Below are positions 56,854 through 64,000 of a DNA stretch of 64,000 nucleotides, one piece after another. Source of the stretch: Pachysolen tannophilus NRRL Y-2460 (Eukaryota); assembly GCA_001661245.1 (NCBI GenBank), contig KV454017.1, forward strand, positions 487,061-551,060. The letters are read 5' to 3'. The translations under genes and the position numbers were made by a program. Position 1 is the first letter of the stretch. Each line of letters starts with the position of its first letter. The notes beneath the pieces were generated by a model. That model worked only from the letters and a program-made list of their open reading frames with translations, did no database searches and was not told the origin of the DNA.

Positions 56854-58404
56854 TCATGTCATCCTAGCAACATTTTTCCTTGTCCAGTTTTTTTCTCCCA
56901 AAAGACCAGCAATAGGTGCTACATCTTTATTTTCTGTATTATTGATATCTCTAGGACCTGAAACATAATTCACATAACCCTCGGGACCACACACAATTGC
57001 AAAAGCCGGATTCTTATATAATAATTTATCTTTAATATTCAGAAATTGTTCCACTTGAGATTTATATTTGAAAGGTTCGTATAATTTATCATTATGTAAA
57101 TAAATTTCTTCCAGCTCCAAATCTTTCAGTAAACTACTTTCTATCTCTTTTATATTGATAGAAGAATCTTGTAATCGTTTGTTTTCAAGTTCCAGTATTT
57201 TCGCCTTCAAGAGCTGTTTTCTTTCGTACTCTTTTACAACTTCCATGCTCTTATAACCTTTATAATTGAAATCTGCCGGTTCCAAAATGTCTTTTGAAGT
57301 TAGTCTTTGTTTATTTTCACCAACTAAATAATGAAATTTTGCTCTACCAAGTTTCTCCAAGATAAAATTGAAATCTTCAAAATTCTTTAATAATTCTGAT
57401 TTTTTTTCAAGAGAATAATAAACATCTACAAAACCTCTTGGTGGGTTTTGAGAATACAACATTTGTAAAACAGGAGTAATACAAGTTCCAGCAACATAAA
57501 AAACCAAGTTGTCGGGTCTTGGTAGAGAAGAATCATATTTGGGTTCTGGTCTGATTCGTGAGGGAATATTATTCAATGTTTGTCTTTGTTTCTCTTCTTG
57601 AATTGGAGAATATGGTAGTATCAAATCTTTATAAGGTCCTCTCAATAGTAATTCGCTACCAATAGGTCTGTTAAACAACCACTTTGCCATTTCACCTTGC
57701 TCATATTTTTTCAAATATAATAACATTTTCCCTTCTTCTTCTTGAGTTTCTATGATCTTCAAATAAGGCTCTTTTGTATCAGCATTAATTGATGCAACAT
57801 ATACAGGTATTGGAGTATATGATCTTACAACATTGATTTCTGGTTGACAAATCTCTACAGACCATAACTTATGACCATCCCACATTGACGAGTAATTAGC
57901 CTTCATCTGATTATGGATTTTGGTTAAATTTTTTTTGGTCAATTCTATAACGAAATGATCTGGAGCATTAGGCAACTCATATCTATAAGTCAATATCCAT
58001 GTAGTAAACTTATCTGGGTTAAGAAACTCTAGTTCTTCATCTTCTGCAAAGAAATATTTATATGCAACTAGTAACCATATACCACCACCAATAACAACGA
58101 GAGAAGGTATATATTTCTTCCAAGGTTTATTTCTAGCAAGTACATTTTCCTGATGAATATCTGATGGCTTCGAAGGAGGAGGAATATCATACTCAACTTT
58201 AGTAAATGGTTTTGTTGGTGCAACATAATTTTCATAATTTTTATCTGAATTATTCAACCGACCTTTAGCAGCATTAGTCAATGGAGCAGGAGCAGCTTTT
58301 GGAATGGCCTCCTTATCATTATTGCTTGATGGTAGGTTCGAATTAAACCTTACAAGTCTCTGCCTCAACGACACCACTCTTCTAGTAGCTGTCAACCTAA
58401 ACAT
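56854..58404 (-). CDS. CYC2: mitochondrial flavoprotein for cytochrome c maturation (FAD-binding, cytochrome b5 reductase-like)
   Basis: Presequence, one transmembrane helix, LWSVEICQPEINVVRSYTPIP, LYLKKYEQGEMAKW, LRGP, AGTCITPVLQ, VCGPEGYVNYVSG, GLLGEKNW. Confidence 0.85.
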   Translation of the reverse strand: MFRLTATRRVVSLRQRLVRFNSNLPSSNNDKEAIPKAAPAPLTNAAKGRLNNSDKNYENYVAPTKPFTKVEYDIPPPSKPSDIHQENVLARNKPWKKYIPSLVVIGGGIWLLVAYKYFFAEDEELEFLNPDKFTTWILTYRYELPNAPDHFVIELTKKNLTKIHNQMKANYSSMWDGHKLWSVEICQPEINVVRSYTPIPVYVASINADTKEPYLKIIETQEEEGKMLLYLKKYEQGEMAKWLFNRPIGSELLLRGPYKDLILPYSPIQEEKQRQTLNNIPSRIRPEPKYDSSLPRPDNLVFYVAGTCITPVLQMLYSQNPPRGFVDVYYSLEKKSELLKNFEDFNFILEKLGRAKFHYLVGENKQRLTSKDILEPADFNYKGYKSMEVVKEYERKQLLKAKILELENKRLQDSSINIKEIESSLLKDLELEEIYLHNDKLYEPFKYKSQVEQFLNIKDKLLYKNPAFAIVCGPEGYVNYVSGPRDINNTENKDVAPIAGLLGEKNWTRKNVARMT

Positions 58405-58574
58405 TGAATCAATCTAGCAAATCAGTTTTATTTAAATCATTTTAAAATTGAACATTTTTATCTTGGTGTTTTGAAAAAAACTTTTTTTATTTATTTTTCC
58501 AAACATTTTATATAATTCAATTAGAAATTGATAAGAAAAGTGATAAGAATTAAGGTCAATTTTTTTTTTTCAAA

Positions 58575-59663
58575 ATGCCGATTAGTCTTTGTCATTCGTT
58601 TAAGGGCCATAAGGATAAGGTTTGGAGTACCAGTGTCAATCCCAAGTTCCCGTTGTTGGCGACAGCATCTAGTGATAAGACATGTAGGTTATACAATTTG
58701 AACACCAAACAGTTGATTGAAGTTTTGGACGAGAAGACTCATAAGAAGGCTATAAGAACAGTTGATTGGAAGCCATCTGGGGATTATCCTATATTGGCAT
58801 TAGGTTCTTTTGATGCTACTATTTCGATATGGGGTAGAGAGAACGATGATTATGAAGAATATACTACGACATTTAATACCGAGAACAAGTCAGATGATTG
58901 GGAATTGATGGCAATAATTGAAGGGCATGAAAATGAAATTAAAAGTGTCTCATGGTCTTGTGATGGTGAGTTTTTAAGTTCTTGCTCTAGAGATAAGACC
59001 ATATGGGTATGGGAGTGTGATGAGACGAATGAAGAATTTGAATGTGTTAGTGTACTTCAAGATCATACACAGGATGTAAAATGTTGTAAGTTCCACCCAA
59101 GGGAGATCTTATTGGGATCTTCTTCTTATGATGATACAATCAGATTATATAAACAAGATATATATGATGAAGATGATTGGTGTTGTGTATCAGAACTTAC
59201 TGGTCATAGTGGTACGGTGTGGTCAATTGATTTTGAAAAAACGTATAATGATGATAAAGTAAGATTATGTTCATGCTCTGATGATTCAACGGTAAGAGTT
59301 TGGAAAAGATTGAAAACTATAGGTAATTCTAAAAAAGAAGATGTACCTAGTACTTTAAGATCAGAACCAAATTCAGAAGAATGGGAATTACAACAAATTT
59401 TACCCGAAGCTCATGAAAGACAAGTTTATTGCTGTAGTTGGTCACCAACTGGGAAAATTGCTTCAGTTGGATCTGATGGTAAAATTGTAATTTACGAAGA
59501 AGATAAAAATAATGAAGAATGGAAAATTAGAGATGTTCATGAATTAGCACATCAAGTTGCTGAAATCAACAGTTGTGAGTGGTGGTATAATAAAGATGAA
59601 GAAAAAGAATATCTCATAACTGGTGGAGATGATGGTATCGTGAACATATGGAACATTGACTAA
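58575..59663 (+). CDS. CIA1: cytosolic Fe-S protein assembly WD40 protein
   Basis: HKKAIRTVDW, GSFDATISIW, IEGHENEIKSVSWS, CSRDKTIWVWE, EFECVSVLQDHTQDVK, SSSYDDTIRLY, GGDDGIVNIW. Confidence 0.95.
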   Translation: MPISLCHSFKGHKDKVWSTSVNPKFPLLATASSDKTCRLYNLNTKQLIEVLDEKTHKKAIRTVDWKPSGDYPILALGSFDATISIWGRENDDYEEYTTTFNTENKSDDWELMAIIEGHENEIKSVSWSCDGEFLSSCSRDKTIWVWECDETNEEFECVSVLQDHTQDVKCCKFHPREILLGSSSYDDTIRLYKQDIYDEDDWCCVSELTGHSGTVWSIDFEKTYNDDKVRLCSCSDDSTVRVWKRLKTIGNSKKEDVPSTLRSEPNSEEWELQQILPEAHERQVYCCSWSPTGKIASVGSDGKIVIYEEDKNNEEWKIRDVHELAHQVAEINSCEWWYNKDEEKEYLITGGDDGIVNIWNID

Positions 59664-59791
59664 AAGACAATACATATACATTATATCAAGTGAAAAATAA
59701 AAGAGTATGATTAAATAGTACGTAATAAATTTAATACAAACGAATGCAATTCTTTCATATATATATATATATATATATAGGAACCATCTCA

Positions 59792-60343
59792 TCAAGTAGT
59801 TATAAACTTCTTGACATTCTCATCAACAGAAAAGACAGGATTCAATAATACACTATTCAAGAAAAACTCTAACCCATGTCTACGTTTCTCTAAAAACCGA
59901 CTATCATAATTTTGGAAAACAGATTTTGGAGGCAAATTAGCAATTTCAATAACTCTTTGTGGATATTTTTCTACCAAATATCTATGTAATTCTTCAAATT
60001 CTTTATATCTTTTCCTTGTCACTATTTTGCTATTTTTTAAAGTTTCTACAGTTATTGTCCAAACAATATATTTTGCACCATTATTACCGGAAATAATTAC
60101 ATATTCACCAACAACCACCCTTTTACACCACAATTTTCTAATCCCACGATTAGTTCCCCCCAAACCATCAGTAGTAAAATCTGAAGACAAATGAGTATTT
60201 TGACCATTCACACAATCATCCCTAAGAAGCTCATCTATATCTTCCTGTGATTCATTATCAATCATTCGGATGGGCAGAGGCGCCATATTCGTTAGCTCTT
60301 TCTTCGCATGGATAAAGTTATTCTGCTTATTCTGAGAGCTCAT
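59792..60343 (-). CDS. YPT35: PX (phox) domain protein
   Basis: V.VGEYVIISG...KYIVWTITVET, KRYKEFEEL, LPPKS, FLEKRRHGLEFFLNSVLLNP. Confidence 0.8.
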   Translation of the reverse strand: MSSQNKQNNFIHAKKELTNMAPLPIRMIDNESQEDIDELLRDDCVNGQNTHLSSDFTTDGLGGTNRGIRKLWCKRVVVGEYVIISGNNGAKYIVWTITVETLKNSKIVTRKRYKEFEELHRYLVEKYPQRVIEIANLPPKSVFQNYDSRFLEKRRHGLEFFLNSVLLNPVFSVDENVKKFITT

Positions 60344-60770
60344 TTAAACCTCTATGATATATAAATAACACAGATCAAAATATCATTATAATTCTAATTA
60401 ATTAAATTGTAATTGATATAGTCTATTATACTGATTTCATACCAATTATATAAAATGATATTTATCTACTAATAATACTATATATATAGTTCGTATATCT
60501 CGACACGACAAATAACATTAATTAACATTATGATAATAAGATGAAATGGAAAATGGTAAAGTAAAGATTTAATTAATAATACACAATAAGATCAAAACCA
60601 AGAAAGGAAGAGAAAAAGAAATAGAATAAAAGGTCCATTAGCCAAATAAACAAATATTATATGGTAATCATAAATTGGATAAAAACAAAAACCAGAAACA
60701 AAAAGATAAAAAAAAAAGATAACTAAAATGAAATGAAATGAAATAAAATAAAAGTAAAAATGAAAAACAA

Positions 60771-63104
60771 TTATTTTTTAACGCCATTAACTAATGCAGG
60801 AACATTATTCTTATTGTTGACAATGTTCCCGCTGTTGCTATTATTATTATTATTACTATTAGCACCATTGCTAATACTATTATTGGTACTGTTGCTGTTG
60901 TTGTTGTTGTTGTTGTGATGATGATTGCCATGTAGTGCTTGGAAATAGTTTCGGTATTGTTGTTGCATGTTATGTAATGATTTTGATAATATCATGGATC
61001 CAAACCTTATTGATTGTGTTTGTGAAGAGATATTGTTTAAACGACTTGGATCAAGACTAACGTCTATTGAAGACATTGACTTGTTATCGAAAAACCAACG
61101 AGTTTTCAATCTTAAAGACAGGTCACTTTTGCAGTCATAAACATTTGGAATACGTTGTTTCTTGCGCGGAGGCTCATTAATTTCGTCGTTAGTGATGGTT
61201 TCGGTATTTGTTTCCTTAGGTTCAGATTCATTTTCAGGTACGGGTTCAAGTACCAGTTCAGATACGGGTTTGGGTTCTGGTTCTGGTTCTGGTTCTAATT
61301 GGGGTTCGATTTCATCTTCAGAATCTGTGAATGATAAAAACTCGTCAATTTCGTCATGAGGTCTTTTTAATTTACGATCGCAGTACATGATACCTGATCT
61401 TCCAATTCTTTTCTTGAGTTGCATAATAGGTTCCGAAACATTAATTTTCTCATCACTGATGAGTTGATAATATTCTGGAGCAGGTGCTGGAATCAAATCA
61501 CCATTTGAAGAGTTGAATGCCAACATGTTTGGTAAGCACTCCTTGCGTTTGATTAAATCAGACAATTCCTCATCTATAAAATGCAGAGCTTTGACATCAT
61601 ATAAAGCCGTTGTTATTGAAGAAAAGGGTACATTGGATTGCTCAATAACTTTACGATACGGTTGTTCAATATCGAAAAATGGATTATATGGGTCATCAGT
61701 AATATTGACCCAACCCGCATCTTGTTCTTGTCTTCTTTTCAATTTTTCAGAAACTGCTCTTACTATTGCACTTTCCTTCTCGTTTAATATTGCTTGAACT
61801 GTGACAAGATCCATATCAGGTATTTTTGAAGTAGGTAACCTCACATATGGTTGAATAGTACCACCCAGAGCAAGTAATTGTTTCTTGGCAATATCTGTTT
61901 TCTGTGATTGCAGTACTTGATTTTGTTGATTAAGATTACTTGTATGTAAAGGTGGTCTTCCAAGTTTAGCCTTTTCTGGTTTAGATGTATCTTTAATTTC
62001 ATCTCTTTTTATTTCAGGAGGAGGAATAATTTTTTTCTTTTTATGTGGGATCAAATCTTCTTCTTCACCTTTAATACCTAATTTCCTTTTAACTTCTTTA
62101 ACTTGAGATCTTAAATTAAAAATATTTTTTTCTATTTTCAAAGCATTATACCTTTTAGCTTCTCTAAGAGCACACATATAAACCAATTCTCTTGCATTTT
62201 TTAATTCTATATATAATTTGTGTAAACTTTCAGAATTTTGTAAATCTGATTTTCTTGTCTTTCTAACACTTCTTATAGTTCTATGTCTAAAACAAATATA
62301 AGGATCAGAATCATTATTTTCATTTGGATCTTCAAATCTTAAAGCAGGGAAAATTGGCCGTCCATTTCTTGCTAATCTTCTTTCTTTCCAATGTTTATAA
62401 ACTTTTTCACCATATTTATCAAGTAAATCTTTTAAAATTCTTGGTTGTTTCCCATCAATTGGTTCAGCATCAAATAAAGTTTTAAAATTATGTAATTTTA
62501 ATTCATTTTGTAAACTTTTTGCTATATCCAGTTTTGAATTTTCATTTAAAGCATAAGATTTAATTTCTTCATATGAAAATATACTTTGTGGATCTGTTTC
62601 TAAAAAAGGTTGTTTATCATTTATAACTTTTTCAAAATTATATGAAATTATTTCAAATTCTGATTCTGTTAATTTAATATTATCCAGTGGTAAAGATGAA
62701 TTTAAAATTTTTAAAAAAATTTCATCTTCTTCATCCATATTATATGGACAACCACATGTATCTTCAACTGTTGCTGAAAATTTGATATACGTTGCAGGTA
62801 AAACAAACGTTCCAGTATAATATTTAGAAGCTTCTGGCCATGTCTTGGAAGCATCAGGTGTTGGAATATAAACTTGTTCTACTTGAGAACCTGCAATCTT
62901 AGCACGAGCCGCATTGATAACTTTTTGTAAATGTTCTTCCTCTTCTTCCCCCTTTTCCACCCCAGTCTCAATCTGTTGTAACTCTCTCTGTTGATCTTCT
63001 GTTTCTAAATCAGGAAGATCACTCTGTTTTAAAACTTGTAAAGTCTGCTTAACAGAAATCTTTCGCTGTCTAAAACGAGCACCTGCAGAAGATGGAGGTG
63101 CCAT
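60771..63104 (-). CDS. EPL1: Enhancer of polycomb-like, NuA4/piccolo subunit
   Basis: ARFRQRKISVKQTL, IETGVEKGEEEEEHLQ, YIPTPDAS, YIKFSATVEDTCG..YNMDEEDE, DPYICFRHR, PYVRLPTSKIPD, DPSRLNNISSQTQSIRFGSM. Confidence 0.95.
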   Translation of the reverse strand: MAPPSSAGARFRQRKISVKQTLQVLKQSDLPDLETEDQQRELQQIETGVEKGEEEEEHLQKVINAARAKIAGSQVEQVYIPTPDASKTWPEASKYYTGTFVLPATYIKFSATVEDTCGCPYNMDEEDEIFLKILNSSLPLDNIKLTESEFEIISYNFEKVINDKQPFLETDPQSIFSYEEIKSYALNENSKLDIAKSLQNELKLHNFKTLFDAEPIDGKQPRILKDLLDKYGEKVYKHWKERRLARNGRPIFPALRFEDPNENNDSDPYICFRHRTIRSVRKTRKSDLQNSESLHKLYIELKNARELVYMCALREAKRYNALKIEKNIFNLRSQVKEVKRKLGIKGEEEDLIPHKKKKIIPPPEIKRDEIKDTSKPEKAKLGRPPLHTSNLNQQNQVLQSQKTDIAKKQLLALGGTIQPYVRLPTSKIPDMDLVTVQAILNEKESAIVRAVSEKLKRRQEQDAGWVNITDDPYNPFFDIEQPYRKVIEQSNVPFSSITTALYDVKALHFIDEELSDLIKRKECLPNMLAFNSSNGDLIPAPAPEYYQLISDEKINVSEPIMQLKKRIGRSGIMYCDRKLKRPHDEIDEFLSFTDSEDEIEPQLEPEPEPEPKPVSELVLEPVPENESEPKETNTETITNDEINEPPRKKQRIPNVYDCKSDLSLRLKTRWFFDNKSMSSIDVSLDPSRLNNISSQTQSIRFGSMILSKSLHNMQQQYRNYFQALHGNHHHNNNNNNSNSTNNSISNGANSNNNNNSNSGNIVNNKNNVPALVNGVKK

Positions 63105-63162
63105 TTTTGTCTCTCTTTATTTCTTTCTTTCTTTAGTTTTTTTTCTTTAATCTTTCAAATTC

Positions 63163-63231
63163 GGGGCTGTCTCCGGTTCCGCGGCTGTATCGCGCTGTCT
63201 AGACCTGTTTGGGGCTGTCTAGCCTTGTCTG
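63163..63231. repeat. degenerate 10-bp GC-rich tandem repeat in the EPL1 upstream/leader region
   Basis: ggggctgtct .. gcggctgtat cgcgctgtct agacctgttt ggggctgtct agccttgtct. Confidence 0.65.
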
Positions 63232-63462
63232 AACCAAAAACAGAAAAAAAAATATATATATTCTTGAAATGAAATTAATCTGGGCGACAAAAAAGAAAAA
63301 AAACTTTTTAACACTTAGAACAACATCTATAATTGAAGCAATCTATCATGAAATTATATTCAGTTGAAAGGCCGAGATTTTCTCTTTAAAACGATATATT
63401 TTTTTAATCAACTCGCCAACAAAAATTCGTTATATGACTATGATTTCAATACATACAACCTA

Positions 63463-63471
63463 GGTGGCAAA
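63463..63471 (+). promoter_or_regulatory. PACE / Rpn4 site
   Basis: Exact GGTGGCAAA. The target is either EPL1 or the next gene beyond the window. Confidence 0.55.
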
Positions 63472-64000
63472 AATGCTTTTTTAGTTTATAATAAATTTCT
63501 CGCTACACATTCCGAAAATTTTTATTTTGAGAATGGAGTTAAAAAGCGTAAAATTTTTTGCGAAAGTAAAAAAAAACCAAAAAAAAAAATCCTAAAAGGG
63601 AATAATTGTTCTTTTGGGACACTACATTTATTTGGGATCTAGGGCTGTTTCTTTTTCAGTTTTTTTGCTAGGGGCGGTGGTTTATAGCATCTATTTTCAT
63701 GAATTAAAAATAAAAATTGTAATGTAATTTATCAATTCATCAATGGGGAAGGAGAAAAATGTTCATGTGTGTGTCTATGTGTGGGTTTATTTGGGAGAAA
63801 GCTTAGTTTCTTGGTTTTTTGTACGTAAGTGAGGACTTTACTAAAAACCATAGTAAAAAGAACAAATAAAAGAGATAAAAAGATAAAAAATAGAAAAGGC
63901 AACTTGCTGGTATAACTTTTACTCTTGTGTCTTATATCTGCATTGGTAAATTTGAGCACTCACGACTTTCGAAGCGGTACTAATTACCCCATAGAACTGA

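Noticed and set aside
11951..59663. Functional gene cluster for sulfur/tRNA modification (QRI7, UBA4, trans-sulfuration enzyme, CIA1) or for Smc5/6 (NSE4, ESC2)
   Set aside because: The genes are far apart, interleaved with unrelated genes and share no promoter motif; inherited synteny explains the co-location.

Overview
AT-rich, gene-dense window from a budding yeast (Saccharomycotina) draft assembly, with three N-gaps and about 26 protein-coding genes, nearly all conserved housekeeping genes. In order: Stp-like C2H2 factor (5'-truncated), ECM4-like omega GST, PNPOx-like FMN protein, YCK1/2, MME1, QRI7, NSE4, an F-box protein, HPT1, UTP5, NCB2, PEP12, RTC5, ESF1, p24/ERP5-like, UBA4, MDN1, TFC6, a YHR112C-like trans-sulfuration enzyme, BIG1, ESC2, LEU4, CYC2, CIA1, YPT35 and EPL1. 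I found no tRNA, rRNA, transposon or CRISPR. The strongest hidden signal is the genetic code: in-frame CTG codons repeatedly fall where homologues have Ala, so the organism probably belongs to the CUG-Ala clade (Pachysolen-type, translation table 26) and the supplied ORF track mistranslates CTG as Leu. That code is already known for this clade. Structure not shown by the ORF track includes a dispersed family of 9-bp GGTGT-core (telomere/Rap1-like) tandem arrays, always G-rich on the sense strand between head-to-tail genes; spliceosomal introns in NSE4 and MDN1 (the latter after only 4 coding nt); a -1 frameshift in HPT1 at an A-AAA-AAG run; a 7-bp duplication at the YCK start; and several clear promoter motifs (Mcm1, PAC/RRPE, Cbf1+Met31/32, Gcn4, MCB, Rpn4). 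The duplicated YCK and NCB2 ends flanking gaps are most likely assembly artefacts. All gene calls and homologue comparisons come from recognising motifs from memory, not from database searches.
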